In this document: positions 39,270-49,570 of the stretch, one piece after another | How positions within the stretch are numbered: the first letter of the stretch is position 1 | Layout: each line of letters begins with the position of its first letter | DNA from: an uncultured Clostridia bacterium | GTDB taxonomy: Bacteria; Aerophobota; Aerophobia; Aerophobales; B3-G15 | Length of the DNA: 60,429 nt | Assembly (NCBI GenBank): GCA_964482715.1 | Contig: CAYZYX010000005.1 | Span: 1 to 60,429, forward strand | Direction: 5' to 3' | Made by a program: the position numbers and the translations under genes | Notes under the pieces: model-generated | Database searches by the model: none | The model's input: only the letters and a program-made list of their open reading frames with translations | Told to the model about the DNA's origin: nothing

Positions 39270-39974
39270 TTAATTTTCACCTTCGGTAAGTCTTTTTATG
39301 TGTCTCTGGCAGATCTCTTTAATCTTAAGATCCCGGGTGGATTTGAGTATCTTTTTCCATTGCATCAGGGCTTTGTCTGTCTGTCCGTCTTTTTCGTAGG
39401 CATAGGCGAGGATTCTTTCCAGAATGGGGGGATAACCTTCCTGTTTAAGTGCAAGTTTTATTCCTTCAATTGCTTTCTTGTACTCATGGGTTTTGAAAAG
39501 GCGAATAGTAAAATCACGATACAACCAGAGTTCAAAAGCACGGGGGTTGTTTTTTATACCTTTATTGAGAATCTCTATTGCCTCATTTACATGGCCGATT
39601 TCATCCAGAGCTAAAGCACCAAAAGAATATCCTGGAACAAAATGTGGAGCAATACTCACCATGGCCTGGATAACAGGATATATCTTTTTAAACTTAGCCT
39701 CTTCCCCCAATTCCCAATCCCCAAAGTACTGGATTGACTGAAGAAACAAAAAGTCGGCTACCACTTCTTTAAATCCGAGAGAAAGTGCTGTAACAAGAAC
39801 TGTGGCTTCTTCTGGATTTTCCTCACTTAAACTGCTGATTATCTTTCTTAGCGGGAGATGTGGTTTTTTTTCTTCCAGGCTATGTTCAAGAAAATACTTG
39901 CCCACAAAAAGAGAAATTAAGGACATGATTAAAAAAATTTCCAGATACTTAACCTTATAGCTCTTTTTTTCCAA
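39270..39974 (-). CDS. Membrane-anchored TPR protein
   Basis: One N-terminal TM segment, ADFLFLQSIQYFG, helical TPR-like repeats. Confidence 0.7.
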   Translation of the reverse strand: MEKKSYKVKYLEIFLIMSLISLFVGKYFLEHSLEEKKPHLPLRKIISSLSEENPEEATVLVTALSLGFKEVVADFLFLQSIQYFGDWELGEEAKFKKIYPVIQAMVSIAPHFVPGYSFGALALDEIGHVNEAIEILNKGIKNNPRAFELWLYRDFTIRLFKTHEYKKAIEGIKLALKQEGYPPILERILAYAYEKDGQTDKALMQWKKILKSTRDLKIKEICQRHIKRLTEGEN

Positions 39975-41274
39975 AAGCTAAAGCCCTCTGCAAAATATCC
40001 GGGAATTGGGGAAAAGATATATTGATGCAATCGGCATGCCTGATTTTGGTTTCTCCTCGAGCACAAATTCCGGCTATAGCAAGAGCCATGGCTATTCGGT
40101 GATCTTCCCAGCTATCAACTTCAGCTCCTTTCAGTATGCCGGTTCCTCGAATTACCATTCCATCTTTTCTTTCTTCTATTTTTGCGCCCATTTTAGAAAG
40201 TTCCACACTTAAAGCCCGGATTCTATCAGCTTCCTTTACTCTCAACTCGCCCGCCCCTTCAATCAGGGTCTTCCCTCTGGCAAAGCAGGCTACCACGGCA
40301 AGGATAGGAATTTCGTCTATTAAACAGGGAATAATATCTCCAGATATTTTTATTCCTTCTAAAGAATTTTCACCTTTTATTCGCAGGTCAGCTATTTCTT
40401 CGTTGCACATTATACGCTTATTTAAGACTTCTATTTGAGCTCCCATTTGCTGTAAAACCTGTAAAAAGCCTGTCCTGGTTGGATTTATCCCCACTCCTGG
40501 TAAAAATATATCCGAGCCTTCCAGGATACAGGCACCGCCAATAAAAAAAGCTGCTGCAGAAATATCTTTAGGAATCAAAAGTTTCTTTGCTCTAAGTTCC
40601 TGGCCGGGGCGTAGCTCTATCCGCATACCTTTCTTAACTATCTTAGCCCCCATATAATCAAGCATTCTCTCAGTGTGGTCCCGTGAGAGGGAAGGTTCAA
40701 TTACTGTGGTTTTACCCTGAGCATAAAGTCCAGCCAGAAGGATACAGGATTTAACCTGAGCGGAAGCCACAGGAAGGGTATAACTTATTCCTCTCAAAGA
40801 GCTCCCCTTTATACTTAAAGGAGGAAAAATTTCTTTTCTGGCCCAGATTGTAGCTCCCATCTCCTGCAGAGGTTTTATTATCCTATCCATAGGCCTTTTC
40901 CTGAGGGAGGAATCTCCCGTCAGGACCGTATAAAACTTTTGTGCGGCTAAGACGCCGGAAAGGATTCTCATGGTAGTTCCGGAATTCCCACAGTCCAGTA
41001 TGTCATCAGGCTCTCTCAATCCTTCTAATCCCACTCCCTGAACTATCACTCTTTTATCATCCTCCCGGACAGAAACTCCCAGTTTTTTCATACAGTTTAA
41101 GGTAGCAAGACAGTCCTTCCCTCTCTGGATACCCTCTATCAAAGAGTTACCCCGGGCAAGAGATGACAAAATCAAGGCTCTATGGGATATAGATTTATCT
41201 CCAGGCAGGTCGATTGTGCCTTCCAATCTGTGACCGGGTTTTATGTAAAGCACATTATTTTTGTGAGATTCCAT
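39955..41274 (-). CDS. aroA: EPSP synthase
   Basis: PGDKSISHR, CGNSGTT, SAQVKS, SRDHTE, ELRVKE, DHRIAM. Confidence 0.98.
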   Translation of the reverse strand: MESHKNNVLYIKPGHRLEGTIDLPGDKSISHRALILSSLARGNSLIEGIQRGKDCLATLNCMKKLGVSVREDDKRVIVQGVGLEGLREPDDILDCGNSGTTMRILSGVLAAQKFYTVLTGDSSLRKRPMDRIIKPLQEMGATIWARKEIFPPLSIKGSSLRGISYTLPVASAQVKSCILLAGLYAQGKTTVIEPSLSRDHTERMLDYMGAKIVKKGMRIELRPGQELRAKKLLIPKDISAAAFFIGGACILEGSDIFLPGVGINPTRTGFLQVLQQMGAQIEVLNKRIMCNEEIADLRIKGENSLEGIKISGDIIPCLIDEIPILAVVACFARGKTLIEGAGELRVKEADRIRALSVELSKMGAKIEERKDGMVIRGTGILKGAEVDSWEDHRIAMALAIAGICARGETKIRHADCINISFPQFPDILQRALAFGKKEL

Positions 41275-41290
41275 GACCTATATGCATGCA

Positions 41291-42304
41291 TTATACTTCC
41301 CGTCCCATGACCCCGGCTATTTTTTTAACTTCATCCACCAGCTTGTAAAAATTTTGAGGGCGGATTGATTGAAATCCATCTGAGAGAGCCTCTTCGGGTC
41401 TGGGATGAACTTCCACTAAAATACCATCAGCACCAGCAGCAACAGCTGCACGGGCAAGAGGAATTACCAGTTCCCTTTTTCCCGTTCCATGACTTGGATC
41501 AGCTACCACCGGTAAATGCGATAGATCTTTAATTAGAGCAATTGATGATATATCCATTGTAAAACGAGTAGAGTCTTCAAAGGTTCTTATCCCCCTTTCG
41601 CAGAGGATTACATTGTAATTGCCACTTGAAAGGATGTACTCTGCGGACATCAAAAATTCTTTAACTGTTGCAGCCATTCCTCTTTTTAAAAGCACGGGCT
41701 TATCAGTCTTGCCCACTTCCTTTAACAGATCAAAATTCTGCATGTTTCTTGCTCCAATCTGGATTATGTCCGCATAACGGCAGACAAGCTCTACCTGTCT
41801 TACCTCCATTGCCTCGGTAACCACCGGAAGACCTGTAATTTTAGATACCTCAGCGAGGTACTTTAAGCCTTCTTCCCCAAGTCCCTGAAAGGAATATGGA
41901 GATGTGCGAGGTTTAAATGCTCCCCCTCGCAGGATTGATGCTCCTGCCCTTTTAACTTCCTCTGCTGTTTGCAGGAGAATTTCTCTATTTTCTACCGAAC
42001 AGGGTCCTGCCATAAGTACCACTTTATTTCCACCTATAGTAACATTTTTTACCTTTATCAGGGTATCATTCTTTTTGAATTCCCGGCTTACCAGCTTAAA
42101 CGGTTTGGATATAGGAGTAACCGATTCTACAATGAACATCGATTCGAAGATATGCCTTGTCTGTATCGCGTTTTCTCCAATAACTCCTATTATTGTTCTC
42201 TCTTCACCCCTGGAGATATGTGGAGTAAACCCCAGTTCTTTAATTTTAGCTACTACATGTTGAATTCCCTTCTCAGTAGTTCCCGGTTTTAATATGATAA
42301 CCAT
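41291..42304 (-). CDS. aroF: DAHP synthase type I-beta with an N-terminal regulatory domain
   Basis: MAGPCSVE, GGAFKPRTSPYSFQG, GARNMQNF, LKRG, CERG, DPSHG. Confidence 0.96.
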   Translation of the reverse strand: MVIILKPGTTEKGIQHVVAKIKELGFTPHISRGEERTIIGVIGENAIQTRHIFESMFIVESVTPISKPFKLVSREFKKNDTLIKVKNVTIGGNKVVLMAGPCSVENREILLQTAEEVKRAGASILRGGAFKPRTSPYSFQGLGEEGLKYLAEVSKITGLPVVTEAMEVRQVELVCRYADIIQIGARNMQNFDLLKEVGKTDKPVLLKRGMAATVKEFLMSAEYILSSGNYNVILCERGIRTFEDSTRFTMDISSIALIKDLSHLPVVADPSHGTGKRELVIPLARAAVAAGADGILVEVHPRPEEALSDGFQSIRPQNFYKLVDEVKKIAGVMGREV

Positions 42305-42319
42305 CCTTATCTTCCTCCA

Positions 42320-43381
42320 CTAATCGCCCCTGGGATAAGAACCCAGGATTTTCAAAAAGAAACATCTCTCCTCTAACTCGGAAAGGGCCTTTTTAACTGG
42401 CTCATCATCCTTATGTCCGATGAAATCCACAAAGAATACATATTCCCATGCTTTACGTTTGGTTGGACGGGATTCGATTTTTGTAAGATTAATTCCATGA
42501 GCCCTGAAAGGAGCGAGCATATCATATAATGCTCCCACTCTATCTTTAATGGAAAATAAAATTGAAGTTTTATCCTGTCCACTTGGCTCAGCGTAATCCC
42601 TTCCAATTACCAAAAATCGAGTATAATTGTGAGGTGAATCTTCTATATGGGCCTCTAAAATTCTAAGTCCATAAAGACCCGCGGCTACCTCTGAGGCAAT
42701 AGCTGCCGCATCTTCTTCTTGGGAAGCCAGTTGGGCAGCTTTTGCTGTGCTTTCAGTTTCACTTATTTTGACATCAGGCAGGTGTTCTTCAAGCCATAAT
42801 CTGCATTGAGCGATAGCCTGAGGGTGGGAGTATATCTTCTTGACATTCTTTAATTTCCCTCGTCCCAGCAGATGATGACTTATCTCAAGAATTATCTCCG
42901 CACATATCTTAAGTTCAGAATCAAGAAACATATCGAGGGTATGGGATACTATCCCTTCGGTGGAATTTTCTACCGGGACAACCCCGTAGTCTGCCTGTTT
43001 TTTTTCCACTCGAGCAAAGATCTCTTTTATATTTCTTGCCGGGATTAATTCAACTGAATGACCGAAGTTCTTTATAGCAGCAAGATGAGTAAAGGTAGCC
43101 GGGGGTCCAAAGTAAACCACTTTTAGCTTTTTTTGAAGAGAAAGATAGGCTTTCAGAATGGTTTTTATTATTTCCTTTAATTCCTCATCGGGTAAGGGAC
43201 CTTTATTCTGGGTTAAGAGTCTTTCCAGTACGATCTTTTCTCTTCCCGGAGAGTAATAACTTTCCCCTTTTCTTTCTTTTATTTTTGCTATTTGTAGAAC
43301 CTTTTCTGCCCTCCTGGATAAAAGCTCTACAATTTGGAAGTCTATCCGGTCAATTTCTTTTCTTAAATCCTCCATGTTCAT
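42320..43381 (-). CDS. pheA: Chorismate mutase/prephenate dehydratase (P-protein)
   Basis: AroQ-type CM domain LRKEIDRID; PDT motifs PVENS, SHPQA, NYTRF; ACT domain LTKIESRP. Confidence 0.96.
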   Translation of the reverse strand: MNMEDLRKEIDRIDFQIVELLSRRAEKVLQIAKIKERKGESYYSPGREKIVLERLLTQNKGPLPDEELKEIIKTILKAYLSLQKKLKVVYFGPPATFTHLAAIKNFGHSVELIPARNIKEIFARVEKKQADYGVVPVENSTEGIVSHTLDMFLDSELKICAEIILEISHHLLGRGKLKNVKKIYSHPQAIAQCRLWLEEHLPDVKISETESTAKAAQLASQEEDAAAIASEVAAGLYGLRILEAHIEDSPHNYTRFLVIGRDYAEPSGQDKTSILFSIKDRVGALYDMLAPFRAHGINLTKIESRPTKRKAWEYVFFVDFIGHKDDEPVKKALSELEERCFFLKILGSYPRGD

Positions 43382-43827
43382 GGGTTACCACCTTTCTTCA
43401 AAATGTTTATCATAGCTTCCAGAGCCAAAATATAACCTTGTTCCCCCAGGCCTGATATTTGGCCAACACAAACTGGAGCTATAAGAGACCTGTGGCGGAA
43501 GTTTTCCCTCTGGTAGATGTTACTTAAGTGCACCTCTATTACCGGGAGCCTGGTAGCCGATATGGCATCTCTTATGGCCACACTGGTATGAGTATAGCCA
43601 CCGGGGTTAATTATAATCCCCTGAGCCCATCCACGGGCTTCCTGAATAAAATCAATTATTTTTCCCTCATGATTAGTTTGCTTAATCTGAACCTGGCAAC
43701 CCACCTCTTCTGCTTTTTTGATTATAAGTTCGTTGATCTTGTCCAGAGTAACAGTTCCATACCATTCAGTTTCTCTTTCGCCTAAGAGGTTAAGGTTGGG
43801 TCCATGAACAATTAAAATCTTTATCAT
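43378..43827 (-). CDS. aroQ: Type II 3-dehydroquinate dehydratase
   Basis: HGPNLNLLG, QTNHEG, INPGGYTHTS, EVHLSN. Confidence 0.97.
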   Translation of the reverse strand: MIKILIVHGPNLNLLGERETEWYGTVTLDKINELIIKKAEEVGCQVQIKQTNHEGKIIDFIQEARGWAQGIIINPGGYTHTSVAIRDAISATRLPVIEVHLSNIYQRENFRHRSLIAPVCVGQISGLGEQGYILALEAMINILKKGGNP

Positions 43828-45422
43828 GAAACTATCTCCTGGATCACTTTCCTTACAAGTGATTGAGGGATCTCGTCAACAAGGACAATCCGGCCAATTG
43901 CTTCAGGCAAAGCAAAGACCTGTTTACCTTCTCTTATTTTTTTGTCAACTTTTAAAGCCCTGAAAATTTTTTCTGCATCCACTCCTTTAGCTTTAACTGG
44001 AAGTTTAGCTCTAACCAGTAATCTAATTAAATTTTGCAACCCGGATGGGGAGAAAAGACCAATTTTTTCTGCAATCATTGATTCCCCAACCATTCCAATA
44101 GCTACAGCTTCTCCATGAGTGTACCTTCTGTAACCTGATGCTTTTTCAATAGCGTGACCCAGTGTATGTCCGAAGTTAAGGATCTGTCTTATACCTTTTT
44201 CTTCTCTTTCATCCTGTTCAACCACTTTGATTTTGGTCTGGATAGCCTTATTTATCAAAAACCTTAACGTATGGGGGTCTTTTTTCAAAGCTCTGGTAAT
44301 ATTTTTTTCCAGATAAGAGAAGAAATTATCGTTATCTATTATAGCACACTTGATGACTTCGGCTATTCCCTCTCTAACCCTCCTGGGAGGAAGGGTTTTA
44401 AGAACCCCAGGATCGATCAGAACAAATTTAGGTTGGTAGAAACAACCTACCAGATTTTTTCCCTGAGGGAGATTAACTCCTACCTTACCTCCCACACTGG
44501 AATCAACCTGTGCTAATAGAGAAGTTGGAACAACTACAAAGTTAACTCCTCGCAGAAAGGTTGCCGCTACAAAACCAGAAAGATCTCCAACCACTCCTCC
44601 CCCCAGGGCGAGAATTGAAGAAGTTCTATCCATTTCCAGATCTATGCAGAAATTGTACATTTTTTTTGCCTGAGAGAGAGATTTGTATCTTTCTCCTGGA
44701 GGAATGACCAGAGAACTTACCAGAAATTTTTTCCTTTGCAGGGAGTTTGCTACCTTTTTGCCGTAAATAGGAAAAACGTTTCTGTCAGAAATTACAAGGA
44801 TTTTCCCTTTTAAACCGAGTCTGCTGGCTATTTTCCCCGTCTCTTCAATAGAGCCCCCCACGTAAATTGGATAGGTTCTATCACCGACTCTCACCTTGAG
44901 TTCTCTTCCTGGAAGAACGGCAATTATTGCATTAACAATTTGAGGTATTGATAAACTGGAGGTATCAATGGTGAAATCAGCTTGCTGATAGTAAGGTTTT
45001 CTCACTTTTAAAAGTTCCTGGATTCTTTTTTTCTTGTTTCTAAACCCGTTTAAAAGAGGTCTTTCACCATTTTGATTTTTTGTCCTCTGTAAAATTACCT
45101 CTGTATTTGCAGTTAAACAAACCAGATATCCATTTTCCTTTAAGCATTTTATGTTCTCCGGACTTAAGACAGCACCTCCTCCAGTAGAAATCACATAACC
45201 TTTAAATTTAGAAATTTCTTTTATTACCTCCTTTTCCCTCTGGCGAAAGTAGTCTTCCCCTTTTTGAGCAAATATTTCAGGAATAGCCTTTCCCTCCTTC
45301 TTTTCAATCAGCTCATCTGTATCTACGTATCCCAGTTCCAGTCTTCTGGCAAGCTCTTTTCCAACAAGACTTTTACCAGTGCCCATAAAACCGATCAAAA
45401 CAATGTTTGTGCCATCTTTCAT
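43824..45422 (-). CDS. aroB: Shikimate kinase-3-dehydroquinate synthase fusion (AroKB)
   Basis: N-terminal GFMGTGKS and STGGG kinase domain; C-terminal GGGVVGD, DSSVGGK, LNFGHT, HGEAV. Confidence 0.96.
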   Translation of the reverse strand: MKDGTNIVLIGFMGTGKSLVGKELARRLELGYVDTDELIEKKEGKAIPEIFAQKGEDYFRQREKEVIKEISKFKGYVISTGGGAVLSPENIKCLKENGYLVCLTANTEVILQRTKNQNGERPLLNGFRNKKKRIQELLKVRKPYYQQADFTIDTSSLSIPQIVNAIIAVLPGRELKVRVGDRTYPIYVGGSIEETGKIASRLGLKGKILVISDRNVFPIYGKKVANSLQRKKFLVSSLVIPPGERYKSLSQAKKMYNFCIDLEMDRTSSILALGGGVVGDLSGFVAATFLRGVNFVVVPTSLLAQVDSSVGGKVGVNLPQGKNLVGCFYQPKFVLIDPGVLKTLPPRRVREGIAEVIKCAIIDNDNFFSYLEKNITRALKKDPHTLRFLINKAIQTKIKVVEQDEREEKGIRQILNFGHTLGHAIEKASGYRRYTHGEAVAIGMVGESMIAEKIGLFSPSGLQNLIRLLVRAKLPVKAKGVDAEKIFRALKVDKKIREGKQVFALPEAIGRIVLVDEIPQSLVRKVIQEIVS

Positions 45423-45423
45423 T

Positions 45424-46590
45424 TTAAACCCGTCTTAAGTAATTTTGATAGGCGAGAAAGTTTTCTCTCATTTCTTCAAGACTATCTCCCCCGAACTTCT
45501 CTCTCATCGCTCGGGCAATCTCAATGGCAACCACTGCCTCTGCTATAACTGAGGCGGCGGGAACAGCACAAACATCGGATCTTTCCATTCCCGCTTTAAC
45601 CTGTTTTTTGCTCATTATATCTACGGAACGGAGAGGACGTCGCAAAGTAGAAATAGGTTTCATAGCTGCTCTAACCAAAAGAGGCTCTCCTGTGGTCATT
45701 CCTCCTTCTATTCCACCAGCACGGTTACTTAATCTGTAAAATCCTTTTTCAGCAGAATAGGCAATCTCATCCTGTACCTGAGATCCAGGTCTGGTGGCTG
45801 CTGTAAATCCAATTCCTATTTCAACTCCCACTATAGCTTGAATGCTCATCATGGCAAAGGCAAGACGAGCATCAAGTTTAAGATCCCATTGAATATAGCT
45901 TCCAAGTCCAGGTGGAAGTCCTTTAACCATTACCTCAAAGATACCTCCCAGAGTATCACCGGATTTTTTTATCCGGTCAATAAGCTCCATCATCCTTCTT
46001 TCACTGTTTTCGTCGGTGCAACGAAGAGGTGACTTTTCGACTCTTTGATAGTTCTGCAGTGTTAGATTCCAATCACTTTGATCTTTTTCCGGACCTATTT
46101 GGATTACCCTGCTTAATATTAGAATATCAAACTGACTGAGGAGTTTTTTACAAACTGCCCCCACCGCTACCCTTACCGCTGTCTCCCTGGCACTTGCTCT
46201 CTCCAGGACATTTCGAAGGTCTCGAAATCTATACTTTATCCCACCCACCAGGTCAGCATGTCCGGGTCTGGGTTGAGAAAAATAGGGGATTTTCTCTTCA
46301 GACGGAGAAAGGGACATAATTTTTTTCCAGTTTTCCCAGTCAAGGTTGGGTATAAAAAGGGCTATGGGACTTCCCAGGGTCTTTCCCAGACGAACTCCTG
46401 ACAGGATCCTGACTTCATCTTTCTCTATTTTCATTCTATTCCCCCTACCATAGCCGGTTTGACGTCTTTTAAGCTCCCTGTCAATGTCCTCTTTAGTCAG
46501 GTCAAGACCCGATGGCATTCCCTCCAGTACAGATATAAGACCCTGTCCATGGGATTCACCCGCGGTTAGATAGCGAAGTTTTGTGCTCAA
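45424..46590 (-). CDS. aroC: Chorismate synthase
   Basis: [38 protein letters not shown]. Confidence 0.98.
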   Translation of the reverse strand: MSTKLRYLTAGESHGQGLISVLEGMPSGLDLTKEDIDRELKRRQTGYGRGNRMKIEKDEVRILSGVRLGKTLGSPIALFIPNLDWENWKKIMSLSPSEEKIPYFSQPRPGHADLVGGIKYRFRDLRNVLERASARETAVRVAVGAVCKKLLSQFDILILSRVIQIGPEKDQSDWNLTLQNYQRVEKSPLRCTDENSERRMMELIDRIKKSGDTLGGIFEVMVKGLPPGLGSYIQWDLKLDARLAFAMMSIQAIVGVEIGIGFTAATRPGSQVQDEIAYSAEKGFYRLSNRAGGIEGGMTTGEPLLVRAAMKPISTLRRPLRSVDIMSKKQVKAGMERSDVCAVPAASVIAEAVVAIEIARAMREKFGGDSLEEMRENFLAYQNYLRRV

Positions 46591-47444
46591 ATTCTCCCCC
46601 TTAAGTTATCCTCTGCCACCTTTTTCATTTTGTCCAGAGGAGCCTTCTTACCGGTCCAGATTTCAAAAGCTAAAGCCCCCTGAAATACGAGCATATCGAG
46701 TCCCCCTTGATGCATCATTCCTCTTTTTTCTGCCTCCTCAAGGAGTTTTGTTTTCCTGTGGTATATAATATCGTAAACATATACTGAGGAAGGAAAATTC
46801 TGAAGGTTTACCGGAGGAGGATCCCCATCATGCATACCCAGAGAAGTTGCGTTTATAAGGAGATCTATTTTATCATGACCGGGAAAAGTATTTCTTTCGC
46901 CATATTCAAAAACTTCTATATTTACCTGAGGAGCAACTTTTTTTAATCTGTCAGCCAGCCTTAGTGCCCTGGAGTAAGTCCTGTTTATGAGAACCAGCCT
47001 TTTAATTTTTTCTTTCACCAGCGAAACACATATGGCGACAGATGCTCCACCAGCCCCCAGAATAAGAATCTCCTTTTGCAAAAGAGATATCCCTCTGGAC
47101 CGTAAAGACTGAACAAAACCCTCTCCATCAGTATTGTATCCTATTAACCTCCCTTCTCTGTTTACTACCGTATTTACAGCACCAATTATTTTAGCTTCCG
47201 GAGAAATATCATCAAGATAGGAAATAATTTTTTCCTTATGAGGGATGGTAACATTTATTCCCAGAATCCCCAGAGCTTTAAGTGCCTGTATTGCTGCCTG
47301 GAGATCTGAGGGCTTAACCAGAAAGGGGACGTAAACAAAGTTAAGCCCGGTTTCCTTGAAGACCAGATTATGCATGACTGGTGAGATGCTGTGAGAAACA
47401 GGACAGCCAAAAATTCCAAGCACCTTTGTTTGTCCGTTAATCAT
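46587..47444 (-). CDS. aroE: Shikimate dehydrogenase
   Basis: HSISP, NVTIPHK, GAVNT, NTDG, GAGG, NATSLG. Confidence 0.96.
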   Translation of the reverse strand: MINGQTKVLGIFGCPVSHSISPVMHNLVFKETGLNFVYVPFLVKPSDLQAAIQALKALGILGINVTIPHKEKIISYLDDISPEAKIIGAVNTVVNREGRLIGYNTDGEGFVQSLRSRGISLLQKEILILGAGGASVAICVSLVKEKIKRLVLINRTYSRALRLADRLKKVAPQVNIEVFEYGERNTFPGHDKIDLLINATSLGMHDGDPPPVNLQNFPSSVYVYDIIYHRKTKLLEEAEKRGMMHQGGLDMLVFQGALAFEIWTGKKAPLDKMKKVAEDNLRGRI

Positions 47445-47471
47445 TTTTCTTTTTCCTTATGGTGAAAAAGC

Positions 47472-47499
47472 ATTTTAATAAATTAACAGGCTCTGTCAA
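47472..47499 (-). promoter_or_regulatory. Sigma70-type promoter of the aro operon
   Basis: Minus strand TTGACA, 16 bp, TAAAAT, about 30 bp upstream of the aroE ATG. Confidence 0.7.
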
Positions 47500-47510
47500 T
47501 CTTTCCTGCC

Positions 47511-47735
47511 CTGAGGTTGGGACACTTTTTTAAGTAGATAGGGGTCCCGGATATTCCAAAGGAAGCCTCTTTTTGGCGAGCAGAAAACTTTGCCTTAGTA
47601 GGAACTTTTGCACAGCCAAAAAGCGGAGGCCGAGCTACACTAAAATGATTAGGTGAGATAAACCTCTTGCGAGGCCGTCTTCCGTGGGATATCCGGGACC
47701 CAGAAAAAAGCTGTGAGAAACTGTCCCAATTTCAG
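47511..47735. repeat. Structured intergenic repeat, copy 1 (nested inverted repeats)
   Basis: Outer IR CTGAGGTTGGGACA/TGTCCCAATTTCAG; perfect 13-bp IR GGGTCCCGGATAT (47542-54)/ATATCCGGGACCC (47689-701); inner 9-bp IR CTTTTTGGC/GCCAAAAAG; core homologous to 60246-60366. Confidence 0.75.
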
Positions 47736-47882
47736 TTCCTGCCATAGTTTCGGAAAAAATTCCTGTTAGGTAGCCCGGGTGCGTATATCTTGCTTTAAAG
47801 GAAAGGTGATTCCCTTCCGTTTTAATGTTATGAGTTTTATCTTTGTTATAAGACTTTTTCCCGAAACTGGGGATATAAGACC

Positions 47883-47910
47883 TTGTTCCTCTTCTGGAAT
47901 TTGTTATAAT
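47883..47910 (+). promoter_or_regulatory. Extended -10 promoter for the HAD gene
   Basis: TG-T-TATAAT at 47902-47910; weak -35 TTGTTC. Confidence 0.55.
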
Positions 47911-47956
47911 ATGTGTTCAAATTTTAACGCCAATTACTAAGGAGGAGGAAGTTTGT

Positions 47957-48739
47957 ATGGCTGTAAAAATTGTCGCCTGTGATCTGGACAGGACTTTGAT
48001 GAGTGAGATTCCTATTCAGCCTGAAGTAAGGGATTTTTTTGTGGAACTTCAAAGAAAGGGTATCAAGTTTGTTATAAACTCGGGTCGTTCTCTGGAAAAT
48101 ATACTGGACATCTTATCTCAAAGTGAAATTTATTTTGATAGAGGCTACCCGGAAGCCATAATCTCCAGACACGGAGTTTTTATTCATTACCTTCAGGGGA
48201 AAACCTATGTGGAAGATGAAGAATGGAATAGACAGAGAAGAGAAGATATGGATATTTTGCAGGATGAGATTGGGTGGAAGAGCAGATCCTGGGAAAAGAT
48301 GATTGAAGAGGACCTGCAAATTTTTCCCCAGAAAAAAAATATTGCCTATGGTGTATTTGAGATGCTTTTTAATACTGATGAGGAGGCAGAAAGGGTTAGA
48401 CAGATTCTTTTAAGAGAAAATGATTTAAAATACACAACTTTCCTGAGAAACAGGCATTTTTTAACTGCTACTCTGGCTACCGCTTTAAAGGGCCGATCTT
48501 TATCCAGAGTAGCCTGGAGCTTCAGGGTGTATCCTTCTCAGGTGGTTGCCGTGGGTGATTCCCAAAATGATGAGGATATGCTTGATGGTAAATACGGTTT
48601 TATACCAGCCGCTCCTTCAAATGCTGAACCAGGTATAAAAACCATGGTGAGAGAAAATAAAGGATATGTTGCCACTCTTCCGGAAGGAAGAGGGGTTGTA
48701 GAAGTGGTAAGCTCACTCCTTAACGGCACCAAAAGTTAA
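47957..48739 (+). CDS. HAD superfamily IIB (Cof/sucrose-phosphatase-like) hydrolase
   Basis: Motif I DLDRT, NSGR, K in LKG, GDSQND; strong SD. Confidence 0.88.
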   Translation: MAVKIVACDLDRTLMSEIPIQPEVRDFFVELQRKGIKFVINSGRSLENILDILSQSEIYFDRGYPEAIISRHGVFIHYLQGKTYVEDEEWNRQRREDMDILQDEIGWKSRSWEKMIEEDLQIFPQKKNIAYGVFEMLFNTDEEAERVRQILLRENDLKYTTFLRNRHFLTATLATALKGRSLSRVAWSFRVYPSQVVAVGDSQNDEDMLDGKYGFIPAAPSNAEPGIKTMVRENKGYVATLPEGRGVVEVVSSLLNGTKS

Positions 48740-49558
48740 ACCTCTCACCAGATATCTCTGAATGGTTAAAGCTAAAAGTACAGGTGGAGCTATAGCAAGC
48801 AGTGTATTTACAGACGCTACATTAAATAAAACTCCTCTTGTGCTTCTCGCTGAGAGGATATAGACAGGCATAGTTCCTGCCTTTGCGGAAGTTAAAGTAA
48901 GAGCAAATAAAGCTTCGTTCCAGGCAAAAGCGAAAACTATAATAGCTGTGGCGATCAGTCCATTCACTGCTAAAGGAAGAGATACCCGGGTAAAAGCCTG
49001 CCAGTCACTTGCTCCATCAATAAGAGCCGCCTCTTCCAGTTCCACAGGTATATCTCTAAACATCTCCCTCATTATCACTACACCAAAAGGGAGGTTAAAG
49101 GTAACGTAGACAAGGACCAGTCCCCTCCAGGTATCAAGAAGATGTAATTTCATCATTATTATGAAAAAAGGAATGAGTACAACTACTGGGGGAAGAACTC
49201 TCTGTGAGAGAAACCAAACTGTGAGATCTTTGGATTTAATGATGTTCCATCGGTACCGAGCCAGAGCATAAGCAGCCATGGTTCCTATGACTAAAACTAT
49301 TGCCGTAGTAGCTGTGCTTACCACTGCCGAGTTGATAAGGGGTTTGATGGGATCTCCCTGTGTAAAAACCTTATCCCAGGCCCAAAGACTGGGCTGGAAG
49401 TTGATGTAAGGGAAAAGAGAACCCGGATTGAAGGTTTCAATTTTTGGTTTTATGGAATTACTCACCGCCCAGTAAAAAGGAAAAAGCATCCATAAAGTTC
49501 CCGCAATTATTATTATCCATATAAAGACTCTTTTGATAGATCCCTCTTTTTGCTTCAT
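48713..49558 (-). CDS. Carbohydrate ABC permease (MalG-like)
   Basis: ELEEAALIDGAS, AWNEAL. Confidence 0.92.
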   Translation of the reverse strand: MKQKEGSIKRVFIWIIIIAGTLWMLFPFYWAVSNSIKPKIETFNPGSLFPYINFQPSLWAWDKVFTQGDPIKPLINSAVVSTATTAIVLVIGTMAAYALARYRWNIIKSKDLTVWFLSQRVLPPVVVLIPFFIIMMKLHLLDTWRGLVLVYVTFNLPFGVVIMREMFRDIPVELEEAALIDGASDWQAFTRVSLPLAVNGLIATAIIVFAFAWNEALFALTLTSAKAGTMPVYILSARSTRGVLFNVASVNTLLAIAPPVLLALTIQRYLVRGLTFGAVKE

Positions 49559-49570
49559 AACAGGGCACCT

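Noticed and set aside
47511-47735. T-box, attenuator, riboswitch or 6S RNA explanation for the element upstream of aroE
   Set aside because: No T-box consensus or leader peptide; a near-consensus promoter lies between the element and aroE; a homologous copy sits before an unrelated operon; no 6S-like central bubble recognised
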